A stretch of DNA of 63,186 nt, the filler included, from Hyphochytrium catenoides (Eukaryota; Protista; Hyphochytriomycota): assembly GCA_900088475.1 (NCBI GenBank). It is 9 parts of 9 records of this genome, joined end to end, with 100 filler letters (N's around TTAATTAATTAA, not from the genome) between each part and the next. Parts side by side here need not be neighbours in the genome. Positions count along the whole stretch, not along the records: positions 11,601 to 13,666 come from FLMG01002883.1; positions 13,767 to 21,597 come from FLMG01003490.1; positions 21,698 to 53,074 come from FLMG01000375.1; 6 more parts are not named here. One strand, written 5' to 3'. Every line of letters starts with the position of its first letter. The stretch's first letter is position 1. The notes under the pieces were generated by a model, which had not been told where the DNA came from, searched no databases, and saw nothing but the letters and a program-made list of their open reading frames with translations. The translations under genes were made by a program, and so were the position numbers. This document shows positions 12,676 through 25,690 of this stretch, in pieces.

Positions 12676-12915
12676 TTCTCTCTCTCTGTTGCTCTCTCTG
12701 TCTGTTGCTCTCTCTCTCTCTGTCTGTTGCTCCCTCTGTCTGTCTGTTGCTCCCTCTCTCTCTCTGTTGCTCTCTCTCTCTCTCTGTTGCTCTCTCTGTC
12801 TGTTGCTCTCTCTCTCTCTGTCTGTTGCTCTCTCTGTCTGTCTGTTGCTCCCTCTCTCTCTCTGTTGCTCTCTCTCTCTCTCTGTTGCTCTCTCTCTCTC
12901 TCTGTTGCTCTCTCT
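12676..12915. repeat. Compound minisatellite (CT)n-GTTG, running into an N gap
   Basis: More than ten tandem units of the form CTGTTGCTC(TC)n with variable CT length. Confidence 0.9.
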
Positions 12916-13666
12916 NNNNNNNNNNNNNNNNNNNNNNNNNNNNNNNNNNCTCTCTCTCCCTCTCTCTCTCTCTCTCTCTCGCCCTCCCTCCCTCTCTTAT
13001 CCTTTCTCTCCCCCTCCGTGTCGCTCGCCTTGTTTTTCTCATTGGTCCTCCGTTTGTGGTCTCTCTTTCTCTTCATAGGTCTCAGGTCTTCTTTGCCCTC
13101 CTCCCATAGCATCACCAGTGGTGCGACGCTCGACCTCACCGTCCTCTCAACCTCTCTGATTCCTTCACATATCTCCTCCCCAATCTCCAGAGCATCAGCA
13201 TCCGCACCCCTAGCCATCAGGCAGTCACCTCGAGCTCCGGCGTGGGAGCAGAGAGAAGGAGCAATGATCTTTATGTTAGGGCTTCTCTCTCTGAGGAGCC
13301 TTTCTATCTCTTCGTATCCTCTCTCTCTTTCTTACTCTGTGTTCTCTATATGTATCTCTCTCTCTCTCTTTATTGCTTTGTCCCGCAGTCCATCTATGAG
13401 ATAGCTTTGCCTCATTGGCTTGTTAGGCGAGTGCAGTGAGAGTGACAGGGAGAAAGAGAGAGTGTCCCAGAAGATCAGCGCAGTTCCTGTTACCTGTGAA
13501 GACAAGCTGGGTCGGTGGGTGTGGGAAGGAGAGAGCAGTCAATCGGGCCTGAAGACCAGCCGCGCTTGTCTTTACAGCCTTGAAAGAGATTAAATAGAGC
13601 TCCCTATCTCCTCGATCCGACCTCTGGTCTCTTTCTCTCTGTCTTGGCCCCCGGTTCTATGTTGTC

Positions 13667-13766
13667 NNNNNNNNNNNNNNNNNNNNNNNNNNNNNNNNNN
13701 NNNNNNNNNNTTAATTAATTAANNNNNNNNNNNNNNNNNNNNNNNNNNNNNNNNNNNNNNNNNNNN
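13667..13766. other. Artificial scaffold linker
   Basis: 44N-TTAATTAATTAA(13711-13722)-44N. Confidence 0.98.
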
Positions 13767-16700
13767 ATCGAAACCCCTTATCAGTTCAATAAAGCAGGTT
13801 TCTCCCGAGCATGATTCCAAACAGAAATCGGTGGTTGAAGGACTAGGAAACCTCGGGCAGTATGACAGCCAACGTCAGCCACTTATCCCACGCGTTGAGA
13901 AAGAGAGCGCGACAATATTTTCCGCTACGTGTTCTTCACATCAGCCTTACACAAACTCCCGCTTTGATCAAGAGGTTGGCAATAACGCAGATGCTTTTCT
14001 TCACAGACTATCTTACTTTATGCCTTTCTAGGCTGCTGAAGTCCTCCAAGAAAAAACTGAGTATCACGGTTCTAAGGGTTCTAAGGGTCCGGACGTAAGC
14101 GCTAAAATACCGCCGTTCCATGCAAGAAGAAGTCCAGGTCAGCTGCCCCGGGGTGAAGCCAACCACCTTAGCAACCTTGAGGCCTTCACTAGTGGCAATG
14201 TAGACTCCGGCACTATTGCGAACAGAAAGGGGGAGATGGGAATACACCTTAAGGGACAATCGGAGAGAGCAGATCACACTACAGCGGACACCTATAGACG
14301 AGAGAAGGCTCCAAGGAAGCGACGCTTAGAAGTGACCCGAATTCAGTTCTTGGGAGGATCTAGAAAGTTGTTGGGCTGCTGGAGATTTGACAAAAAGCAA
14401 AAGCGCAAGTATTATGTGTCCCTAGAAGGTTATAAAATGTACGGGTCAGAGGCACATGAGCAAGCCAAGTTGGATAAGCTGAATTTGGAGGAGACTGGTA
14501 AGGCACCGCCTATTCAGTTCAGTCAAAGTGTACGATTGTGTGTCCTCCTTTTCTCTAGCGAACTGTTGGGCGACGACGCCGTTCGATACCCGATGACGAA
14601 TTCTCTTCGACTTCGGATTCCCTACATGTCTTACCTCATCTCTAACCGCTCAAAAATTCACCTGGGTACAGCTTCGCCTCATTTCCATTCCTAACCTGCT
14701 AACTCCTCTTCAGCTGGGTTATCGATTTCTTCGATCAGCCCGCCCTCCAACGCACTCGTGCTTTGCCTCAACTCAATTGCTAACTTGTTAACTCCTATTC
14801 AGCTGGTTTATCTGTTTCCTCGACCACCCCGATTACCGGTTCCCAAGATCTTCGCCTTCGTTCCTCCTCACAACTCACTCTCCCGGACGTCATTGGGTGC
14901 TCTACAAAGGAACTAGAAAGCCGGTTACACATAAAAAACTGGGGCATACCTGACGTGATGGTTTCTCACTACGAAAGCATGGGCGTTAGAGCGCTTTACC
15001 CCTGGCAGGCCGACTGTCTGGAAGTGGACAATGGGAGAGTTCTGATGGGAGCAAATCTTGTGTACCGAGCTCCAACAAGTGGAGGCAAAACCTTTGTGGC
15101 CGAAATATTGATCCTCCGAAGCCTTATCGCGCTGGGTAAGAAGTGTCTTTTCATTCTACCCTTCATAAGCGTGGTGACAGAAAAGGTAATGCTCTTACCT
15201 ACGACTTTCGCGGCCATTCTTGCTTCTGGCAGTGCAAGTAGGGAGGAAATTGTCGTAAAGGTTTATGCTGACTTCGGGACGGTGTGTACTCACTCAGGTT
15301 CAATATTTTCGCAAGCTGTTGGAACCTCTCAATATGGTTGTTGAGGGATACTATGGAACCAAGAACGGGCAGCAAACCCTGGATCTGGCCGAGGTGGACC
15401 TTGCTGTGTGCACTATAGAGAAGGCTAACTCCATCATCAACCGCCTGATGGTGGAGGGCCAGCTTCACGAGCTCGGAATGGTGGTGGCAGATGAGGTCCA
15501 CATGCTAACGGAAGCATCTCGAGGGTGAGCAGGGACATGTGGCATGAGAGAGAAATTGACTTGCAACTTCCAATGGGCACTTCTCAATAAGCAGGACAGT
15601 CGACCCTATCTCATCTCTAATCAAGCTATCGCAGGTACTTAGTGGAGGTTGCATTATCCAAGGTTAGACTTTTCTGCGATAAGTTTCGAGTCCAGATAGT
15701 ATGTATGAGCGCTACGCTGCCAAACCTTACGGAGCTAGCCAGGTGGCTGGGAGCATCTGCTTTTGAAACCAATTTTCGTCCTATACCATTGCAGGAGTTC
15801 TTTGTTGTCAATGGCACAGGTACTACTCGGACATGTACTTGTCATCTTTTAAGGTCGTACTCATCGCTGCTCTGGAAAGTCTTCCAGGGACTAGGCGGTA
15901 ATCCTGTTCGAAATATACAGAATAGCGACCTGTCAGACTCTGACGGAGTGGTCGCCCTATGCTTGGAAACTGTCAAAGCCGGTGAGCACCGCATGAAGTT
16001 GACTGGTCAATCACTTTCTTTGTTCTATCCCTGTTCTTATGGTACGAAGCGCGTCGTTGCTTTCGCTATGTCGTTGCTTTCGCTATGTCGTGGCTTTCGC
16101 TATGTCGTGGCGCTGGTTTGACTTGCCTCTATTTGACTAGCCCCATCTGCTTTGGCTTGCCATTTAGGTCATGCGGCGCTGGTCTTCTGCCCTTCCAAGA
16201 AGTGGTGCGATGACTGCGCGCGACTTCTTTCATCGTCACTAGACGTCCCGTCGGACGAGCAGGTACAGGACTCTTGCTTTCTGCCTTTTAAGTTAGACAC
16301 GTACGGTACTGAGATCGCCACTTGTAGAGAGAAGCTAGATACAAGGTGCTTCAGAGCCTCTCAGCCACACCCGCCGGCCTCTGCCCCATTCTTGCCAGGA
16401 CAGTGCCGAAAGGTGTTGCATACCACCATTCCGGCCTTACAGTAGAAGAGAGAGAGGTCATTGAGAAAGCCTTCAAACAAGGAAGTCTTCAGCTCCTAGT
16501 TGCCACCACGACGCTAGCGGTAGGCGTGAATCTCCCTGCTCGGAGGGTCATAATTAGGGCCCCCAAGATCGGCAGCGAGGTAAGAGGAAGAGTACACCGA
16601 TCTATCATTCGTCTCTCATCCCGCTATTGCAATCGTCACACAATCACTTAACTTGTCTTGGTCGCCAAGATCTCACTTGTGTGCTAACCTTACGATAAAT

Positions 16701-18573
16701 AGACGCTGGACGCTGCGCGATATATTCAGCTCTCTGGTCGGGCCGGAAGAAAGGGTATAGATGATGTTGGGGAGTCCTATCTTATCCTGAAGCCATCGGA
16801 AAGAAGGCTGGCTTCGTCTCTGATAGAAGGGAAGCTACCTCCAATCACGAGGTTCGTCTCTCTTGGTTGTCACAGCAAATGGGGCTGATTTAACCACTAA
16901 CCATTCAAACGTGCTTAGCTGTCTGGCCCCAGAGAAGAGAGGGCTTAAAAGGGTTCTTTTAGAGCTCTTTGCTAGTGGGACAATTTGTAGTCCAGAGTCA
17001 GCTCAGGCGTTTCTGCAATGTACTCTCCTCAACTACCAGCGAGACTCGCAATCGATCGCGGAAGGAGTTTTGGAGAGCTTAAGGTTAGTCCAAGTAGCCT
17101 GGATGATTGCACTTCTTTGCTCCGACTTAGGGATCTCGTCTCTGGTTTGCCGTTGACCTAGGTTTCTAGTCAACAACAGATTCATTGAGGTCACTAGCCA
17201 GAGAATGGTTGTTACTCAGTTGGGGAGAGCGACATTTCATAGCTCTCTGGATCCAGACGAAGCTTTGCAGGTAAGTCTGGGCTGCTCAGAATTTGATGCG
17301 AAATGCTAGCGGTGGTGAGGGTCCGGGAATACCTCCGATCTAGTACTTGTCGCGGCGCAACGGCGAACTTATGTCGCTTCTTGTGTTTTGGAGCACGCTG
17401 AGTAGACTTGTTTCTTCCTGCAAAGGTTTTTCTGGATATGAGAAGAATGTTGCAACAAGGCGCCTGGTTGAACGGGGATTTGCATCTGGTGTATCAGTTG
17501 ACACCTCCTATGAGCAACATCAGTAGTGACTGGCAACTAGTGGGGAACAAGGTGCGATCCATGACTCCCTGTCTGAAGCCAGTTCTGGAGAGGATAGGTA
17601 AAGCATCACCATGAACCACCAATCCAACATGTCCCACTCACGTACTCCAATATATAGGTGTTGACGAACGCTTCTTGGACCTTGCTGCTAGAAGAAGCTC
17701 TGGCGCTGTAAGCACTGGCTGACAGAGTCCTCAAGATTTGACCTTTCTTCCTGACGCTGCCTTCGCCTCCTACTAGATGAAAGATGAGCTTATGATACGG
17801 CGACATCGACGGTTTTTCACGGCTTTGATACTTCATGACATCATCCAGGAAGAGCCTCTCTTCCGGCTTTCAAAGAGCTACGGTATCAGCAGAGGGAACC
17901 TGCAGCAGCTACAATGCCTAGCTGCCTCCTTCTCCGGAATGGTCTACACGTTCTGCTCCTATCTCAACTGGGATCAGGTGGCGCTGCTGATCAAACCATA
18001 CCAGGTATGGGAGATAAAGGGAGCAAGACAGTTATCTCGGTAAAAAGGATGAGCTTCTTTCATAGTATACCTGCAATCGTTTAGCCGGGTATATAGAGGA
18101 GCCTAGCCCATGAAGAGTCAGATTTCAGCTCTTCTTGAGTTGAAAAGAGTGATCGGGTCGGCTAGTGATCTTAGGAGACGCATGACAAATCTGAGTGCTT
18201 GCTCATGTTGAGATATCGGATCGTAGGAACGATTGGACTTCGGCACGAAAGCCGAACTGATTGATCTCATGAAGGTACAACGGCCTTTCACTAAATGTAT
18301 CCTAGACTCAGTGATTTATTTAGGTTGATCCCTTTGCAGATCCAAGGCTTGACGAGTAAGGAAGCCCGCCTTCTATTTCTGGCAGGTGTGAAAGGTCCTG
18401 CAGAGCTGTCCGGAGTGTCAATCAAAAGGCTTGCTAGATATCTTTATGGACACATGCAGAGGAGTGAAAATGATGAATCAGCGTATGAGAGGATTACTAG
18501 GAGGTGCCAGCTCTTTCAACGTTTCGCGCAGAAGCTCTGTGCTGAGGAGCTAAGTACTACGGCGGAGCAATAA
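13767..18573 (+). CDS. HELQ: HELQ/POLQ-like Ski2-family DNA helicase without a polymerase domain (5' end probably truncated)
   Basis: Motifs: LYPWQADCL, Walker [106 protein letters not shown] and a C-terminal HhH region ([10 protein letters not shown]). Stop TAA at 18571-18573 with no DNA polymerase domain following. Confidence 0.88.
16053..16111. repeat. 17-bp tandem repeat (GTCGTKGCTTTCGCTAT x ~3.5) in a helicase intron
   Basis: Directly visible tandem copies. Confidence 0.9.
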
Positions 18574-18829
18574 CATACGGTCTGTGACGGGAAGCGGGCC
18601 GCACTTTGGTAAAGAGGGTCTTGGAAGACCCTTTTTGACTTCACATACTCATTTATAACTTATATTCTTTAGACGGACTAACGCACTGTCTATTGAGATA
18701 TGGACGACGGAAGCAAGGTGAGAACTAGGATAACCCTTGCATTCAATAGCAACGGCCACGGATCGGGAGCACTGAACTATCTTCTCTACCAAAACTTGCT
18801 CACAGTAAGAGACATACGGAAAACTGCTG

Positions 18830-21480
18830 TTATGGATGCACACAGGTCTCTCTATTTTCGCAACTGTAAGGGCCAAAGCCGTTGATTACTGGTGGCGGGA
18901 AAGAGCTGGGGTCCATCCTAAGACTCTGGAAGTCCCACGATAGAATGTCGTGCGTCTGATAGTCCTCGTCACCAGTCCCAGCTGTGAACCCAACCCAAGC
19001 CCTCCCTGCGGAAAATGTGGAGAGCCACGATTGAGGAACAATATACTTTACAGACACAACCGTGCTTCCCAGGAGGTACCAAAACGCCTCACCATGGTTT
19101 AGAGCAAGTGTGGCGTCCACATTCATGGCGATGCTGAGGACGGGCGTCATCAGGTCGTCCACATATATGTGCAGTGTGCCAAGATGAGTTCCCCAATCGG
19201 GTTGTCCAGCAAACGGAAAGTCTCCGTTTTCGAAGAAATAGGCGCTCCCAGCTGAAGACTGGAAAGCTACGGTCTCCAGACTTAGCACAGCATGGCGACA
19301 ATTGCGGGGACGGGAAGAGCAAAATGATGGGTGAGAGCTATGCTCATGAAGGGGAATTGATGAGGAGTGCCACCGAACAAGGGGACGAGAGAAGCGCGTA
19401 TTCAGGAGCCAAAGATATAGCTGGGCTAAGTACAGCTTTGCTCACCTAGTCTCATCAAAGACCGGAGTGTATCTAATGCGGGCGGTGTGTGTACCCTCGG
19501 TTAGCTCTGGAATTCTTCCAGAAGTGGTAGAGGGATGCAGAGACAGTTTCAAGGAGGAAAGAGATTGATCAAGGCTAAGAGTAAGCTCGAGATGAAGGCT
19601 CGATATTGTCAAAACCCCGCCCCCACGTTTGTTAATTAATCCTACCTTGTAGTTTCTCCAATTGAGTACGTGTGGTTCGCAGTGGTCACCCTCCGGAACC
19701 CAGGAGCTTGGACACTGATATGGTTCTCATATAGGTCGAGTTGATCATAGTTGAACCTGAGGGCAAAGGGTAGAGGGAGATGTACCGAGGAGTGCTATAA
19801 GGTGGGAGGCCCGGCTGCTGTGGAGAGTGTCACTCACAAGGGGAATTGCAGAATGATGGAGAGCAGTCATTATCTTCGGTGTTCCTTACCATGTATCAAA
19901 CTCTATGGCGATGGAGTTGTTAATGCCGCCATAGCCAAGCTCCTTACCGTGCTCCCCTAGCGCTGTCGGCGACTCATTTTGGAGAATAAATGCAAACCCA
20001 TCACCTCCCCGAGACCTGTGGAAGAGGTCATAGGCCACAAGTTAGCTCTGCTTATCTCTGGTCTCCGCACTTTTCACTTGGTTCTACTACGCCACCTCAG
20101 GATAAGAGTCCTGAACCTAAGTGCAAACGATCTCGGGCGATGATTTGAGCTCAACCCTTACAGCTTTCTTTCTGTCAACTTGGTCCCCAAAGGCTGGCAA
20201 TTCTCTCTATCCTGCTATGGTATACCAAAACCTCTAGTTGCGCTAGGGACATACCGACAGTGCGTGTACACATCATCCATGAACTTGCAGTGCATGGAAG
20301 GGTTGGAAATTCTGAACTTGAAGACGGTGTCGAATCCTTCCCTGACATTCATTTGCCGAGGATACCTTAAAAGTGAAGAGTTAGCACTAAGGACTATGGT
20401 TCGATGTAGCTGGTAAGCAAAACATGCGGAAGAATGGCTATTTGCGTATATGAAGCCCTCTGCTATATCGAACAGATGTAGGAGAAAGACATGGCAGAGT
20501 GAGAGGGCGCAGGAAGAGCACCCAAGAGCTTCATACCAGGCGGAGCCCGCAGATCTCGCGATATTCGAGGTAAGCCTAAGGGCAGGCCCACATTCTTGCG
20601 ACGGACTGTGGACTTGACTGTCATAGTCCTCAATACGGATACTCAGAGAGTTACCAGGTATAAGGTAATTCGTAAGAATGTTTAATGAGGAGAAGGAGGT
20701 CGAGTGAGGAGCACCACTTCCAGCTACATGGCAAACCTGCGGCACCAAATGACAGAGAGAGCGTGAGAAACGCCCGCCGACAAGAGAGTGGAAGAAATTT
20801 GTCCGGTTTGTCCCTCTCAACATAACAAGGGAATGGAGGCTAACAGGCTGCACTTAAGGATGTAGCTAGAATGTAAGGGGAACAAAACCCTATAACACAA
20901 TGAGCATAAGGGTTGGAATGCGATGGCATGTTTACCTTTCCACAAGTAACGACTCCTCCTAATGAACTGAAACTATCGCAGCAGCTGAAGGATGCGTTGC
21001 AGTTCTGAACCTGTATTACACCAGGACCACAAGAAGCGCATTGGTGCCCGGTTAATGGTTAGCCTCTGATAGGTTGGACAGTAGGACCGAGATGAATTAG
21101 AGCACGTACGTTTGCGTCACCGACGACAGTTAACCCGTAGTGACCTTCGCTTCCTTCTTGCCCAGTGGGGCCTGCAGTGGATGGCAAGAGACTGGGTCCG
21201 CTGGAGAGCAATAAAGCCGCCGAGAACGAAGAAAAGGATATATCTGTTTGAAACAAGCAAAGAGGTCAGAGCTTTTTGCCATCAATTCAGAGGTTTAGCA
21301 AGACTCAAGGGTGGCCTCATGTTGATCACCACATCTGAGCACTGGATATGATGACTCTGACCTTGTGCCAAGGTCTTGACCTGGGGAGTGTAGACAGAGA
21401 ATTGGCCCGCGACTCCGTCTAACACGAGCTTTCTTCTGCCATACAGGTCAACACTTTTCCACTCCGTGGAGAGGAACTGC
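18830..21480 (-). CDS. Legume (L-type) lectin / concanavalin A-like fold protein (5' end probably beyond the scaffold end)
   Basis: Spliced peptide ALRLT..AGSAWYPRQMNVREGFDTVFKFRI...GGDGFAFILQ...LGYGGINNSIAIEFDT...ENHISV...RAWVGFTAGTG...QTHDILSWDF contains the L-type lectin motifs. Stop TAA at 18830. Confidence 0.85.
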
Positions 21481-21597
21481 GTAAACATCAAAGAGCAATT
21501 AGGATATTAAAGCAAAAGGGCGACTATTGTGGTGGAACGCAGTGAACATGGGAAGACAAGGGATAAGGAGTTCGACTGCTAGGCCAAGTCCTGGATG

Positions 21598-21697
21598 NNN
21601 NNNNNNNNNNNNNNNNNNNNNNNNNNNNNNNNNNNNNNNNNTTAATTAATTAANNNNNNNNNNNNNNNNNNNNNNNNNNNNNNNNNNNNNNNNNNNN
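21598..21697. other. Artificial scaffold linker
   Basis: 44N-TTAATTAATTAA(21642-21653)-44N. Confidence 0.98.
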
Positions 21698-21968
21698 GTT
21701 CAAGCGTTTCCCGATGGAAGCAGTAGGTCCTGGAGTATGGAATAAGAGAGGGGAGGAGAGTAGATGGAAAAAAAGAACTACAGAGCTAGCTAGATAAGCA
21801 AGAGAGAGAAGAAGCGCTGAGAGACGGAAGAGCGCATCTCATGGGAGAAGAGACGAAGCTGACGGGCTGAGGACCGCGCGATGGATAATCAAAGGGAGAG
21901 AGACAAACAAGCAGAGAGAGGCAAACAAGCGAAGTGAATGAAAGCACGATAGCGTGGCTAATTATTAC

Positions 21969-22241
21969 CTTTCCCCAGTATGCATCCATGTCCGCGTCCA
22001 ACTCCTCGGCGGTTCTGGGCTTCTTGTTACCTCCACGGCCACGCCCTCTCCCTCCGCGGCCTCTTCCCCTTCCTCCAGTTCGCCCACCTCCTCCTCTTCC
22101 ACCGCCACCGTTTGATTTGGGACCGCCTCTGCTGCCACCACTACCGCCACCGCCGCCTCGTCCTCCTCTCTTGTTTGGTCTCTGTCCTTCGCTTTGCCCT
22201 CCACTTCTCTGTCGCTTCCCTGCGTTACGGCCGGGTGCCAT
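21969..22241 (-). CDS. RGG-rich protein with a FoP/CHTOP-type C-terminal motif (first exon; downstream exon unresolved)
   Basis: MAPGRNAGKRQR...RGGRGGGG...RGRGGRGRGRGG-NKKPRTAEELDADMDAYWGK followed by a GT donor. 'TAEELDADMDAY' is the FoP-duplication/UAP56-binding motif seen in CHTOP/ALYREF. Confidence 0.75.
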
Positions 22242-23362
22242 CTTGATTTGATTTCTTAGGCTGGGTTTCCTTTCCTGATCGCTGTACTTCTGCTGCTGTT
22301 TCGTAGAGAGAGAGAGAGAGCTTTCAACCTTGGGAATAGCGCTTGGAGTCGAAAGGACAACGGAAGTAGTGATGACAGCTGGACGAAGCTTCACAAAGGA
22401 GGGAAGCTGCGCAGGAGAGGTAAGAGTAGGGAGAGAAAGATAGGTGGGTGCTCATAAAGAGATTTACAAAGAGAGAGAGTGAGAAGAGAGAGACGACAGA
22501 GAGAGAGAGAGAGAGAGAGAAGAGAGAGAGAGAAGAGAGAGAGAGGNNNNNNNNNNNNNNGAAAGGGAAACGCCAAGCCTTCCACAGCCTCCAGTATCTT
22601 TTGAATTTCTCTCCCCCTTCCCACAGCTTTACGGTATCCAGGTCATACCCACCCATGGTAGGAGCTACCCATGGGCCCTGTAAAATGGTTAACTATTGGT
22701 ACTTCTAGGCGACCCAACAGATATTCTGGGTCCACGCCTACTAGTTATCAAGAGTGAAAGCCTGATTGATTCGTCATTGTAGTTCTCTATGTTCTGATGA
22801 TGCAGAACAGAAACTGCACTTGTCATTGGAGCTGAAGCTTCATCAGCATTGCTGCTGACAGACCCACCGCAGACGAAGCTCTTGCGGAGCTAGAGCTCGA
22901 CTACCGGCTCATTATAGCGCAGAGGTGGAGGCGCTGAGATGTCTGCCTGGAGCTGAGGGTGTGGCCATTTTGCATAGGCATAGTCTAGGACTCACACATC
23001 TGAATAGAGCCAGTTATAGGGCCATACAAGGTGCTCTCCTGCTCCTATTATTGCTCATACTCACGGTGTTAGCGCCCCATTGGACCTCAAAATAATTCAC
23101 GGAGCTCTCTTAGCATTTGATCACTCGAAGGGGCCCTCGACGTTCATCTAACGTGTATAGGTACCTAGCTAACTCTATATAGTCATGGACGTGGCAGTGA
23201 TAGGTGAAAGACCCACATGAAGCCGTGCTGGGCTTCAGTTCATCCAGAGCTTCTCAGACCTTGTTAACCCCAGCTTCAACCTGTGACTGCCTCTAGAAGG
23301 AAGCACCTATAGTGCACTAGGAGCTCCTTAAAACATCCCTAGAGACAACCTTGAAAAGAAGC

Positions 23363-25286
23363 ATGAGTACTTTAACCTCTGCTGGCCATCAGGCTGCTGC
23401 AGGTTCCGGCCGCTATCTCATCCAGTTTGCTCAGCGGCACGTAGACTTCCGTATTCCAGAGCTTGAAGCTGTTCTGCAGATGCGCCAGCTCCCCCTGCAG
23501 CAGTGCTTCTCTACTTTACAAGGCGCCGATCTCCGTAAGAATGCTGCAGACTCTCCGTTTCTTGAGATCTGGCTGCCATCAGTAGAGGACGCACAGTACA
23601 TTGGCCGGCGCTGCGTCCTAGCGCGAGGCATCTATCGCGTCTGGAGCCAAGGTAACCTCCAAAGATCGTTAGCTCTGCTGTCAGGTGTCTTTTTGTGGCT
23701 TATGATTTACTTGATATGTTTTTTTTAGGTAAAGATTATCAAGAGGCCCTGGAGAGCATTACAAAACATCTTCCGTCGTCAACTAAGGCGCTTCTCTGCC
23801 GTGAGGATGTTTCTTGGTCCATCCTAGTCTCTGCCTTTGGCAAGTCTTTCTCTCCTGAGGAGCAGGAAACGAAGAGGCATCGTCTCGCTGAGGTGTTGAA
23901 TCCCAGCGGCCCCATTGACATCAAAGCGCCAGATCTCAAGCTCTGGATTTTTGAAGACATTGGACAGTCTCCCGAAGAAAGACAACGGGGATCTGCAAAA
24001 GCCATCTGGTTCGTTCAAGAAATCGGTGGTAGCGGGCGCCACAGAGCTGGACAGACCAGCAGAGATCTAATAGATTTGTTACGTCTCCCACAGCGAAAGT
24101 TCTTGGGTCCAACCTCTATGGATCCCGAGCTGTCGCTAATTATGGCGAACCTTGGTTTGGTCTCCTCTTCCTCCTCTGTCTTAGATCCCTTTGTTGGCAG
24201 CGGAAGCATCCTCGTCGCTTGTGCCGCCTTTGGAGCCTTTTGCAGTGGCGGAGACATAGATATGAGAGTGCTCTTGCCAGGAGGAGAGAGAGGAGGGAGA
24301 AAACGCCACAACGAGAAGGAAGAGAACGGAAAGCTAGCTGTAAAAGCAGAGAAAAGGGAAGGGGAGGAAGCAACAGATAACGGCAATAGAAGAGAGCGAG
24401 TAGGAGAGGTGCAATCACGAAAGAAGGGTGGCGGTAAGAGAAGGATTGAGGGCTCAGAGGGAGAGGACATCTTCTCAAACTTCTCGCAGTATAACTTTCC
24501 TCGCCCAGAGCTCTTCCGATGGGACATATCTAACCCCTGCTGCCGAGCGAGAGAGGAGAGACAAGAGAGAAGCCTTCCGATCTTCGACGCGATAGTATGC
24601 GATCCGCCGTATGGCATTCGAGCAGGGGCCAAACGGATGAGGAAGAGGGAAGAGAAGAACGGAGAAGAGGAGGAAGGAAAGGTGAAAGCTCCTTCTAACA
24701 TCCCTCGAGCTCCTTATGAGGGCGAGGAGGTTATGAACGATCTTCTGGAGCTTGCTTCGCTTCTTCTTAGGGAAGGAGGGCGGCTGGTCTACTGGCTCCC
24801 CGTCGAGAGAGAAAAGTACACAGATGAGAGTGTCCCTTCCCACCCTTCTCTCAGGCTCGTAGCTAACTGGTAAGCTCTAATTTTTTGGACAAAGACTGGT
24901 CATTCTCTCACTCTCTTTCGCCGCTTTTTCTCCCCATTCCTTTCTCTGTTCCTCCTGTCATCAAGGATACAATCCCTGGCTCTTCCCTCAACTGGCCTTT
25001 GTCCTCAGTTTCTCAGTACCTCTGTCCTAGCTGCCACTCTGCCGTCTCCGCTTTTACCCGTCGCCCTTCCTTCTGAACTCCGGTTAGACATTTCGCACTG
25101 TTTTTCCCTCTGCCATCGTCCCGCCTTCCTCCTGTCTTTATCACTTTTTATCCCCTTCGTATTACAATCTGTGGAGAACCAATGCCGGTTGTCAGAGTAG
25201 CTGACATTTCTACTTTCAGTGAACAGATCATGACCTGGAAACTTAGTCGTCGGCTAATTACCATGGAGAAGGTCCAGAAAGCTTGA
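23363..25286 (+). CDS. TRMT11: tRNA (guanine(10)-N2)-methyltransferase (exons 23363-23651, 23729-24869, ~25220-25286)
   Basis: YLIQFAQRHVDFRIPELEA, RKFLGPTSMDPELSLIMANL, VLDPFVGSGSIL, GGDID, FDAIVCDPPYGIRAG, LLREGGRLVYWLP, and last exon EQIMTWKLSRRLITMEK*. Confidence 0.93.
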
Positions 25287-25690
25287 GAGAGACAGCAAAA
25301 GAAGCGTCTCATGAAGAAGACGTGGGCCCAACAGCTCAAAAGCCGTCCCGGTTGCAGATCTATCGCTCCGCTCCTGCTCTTCTCAGGTCGCCTGCTCTTC
25401 CTTGGTCGCTACCAAGTGCCCTCACCAGTAAGCAGAAGCGTATCTGACACATAAATCTTGCGCCAGATAAGAAGAATTGGCGGAGGTCCCAGGAAGGGAG
25501 GGGTTTATAACGTGAGAAACGCCAAGTGGAAGTGAAGGATGTCACGACGTGACCTCCTGGCGGCAGAAGAAGTAGCAGCTATTAATTGACTTCAGAGGTT
25601 AGGGCACATATCTATTAGGTTAGCGTATTGCGGTCAAGACGACCAAGAGCGGATAAGAGTTAAAAGAGCAACGGGTTATGAGGCCGTTCT

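Noticed and set aside
12581-13404. Long ORFs on both strands (LSLSVA / EREQQRER peptides)
   Set aside because: They are translations of a stop-free minisatellite that spans an N gap.
16053-16111. Short direct repeats as a CRISPR-like array
   Set aside because: The copies are contiguous with no spacers and lie inside a eukaryotic intron.
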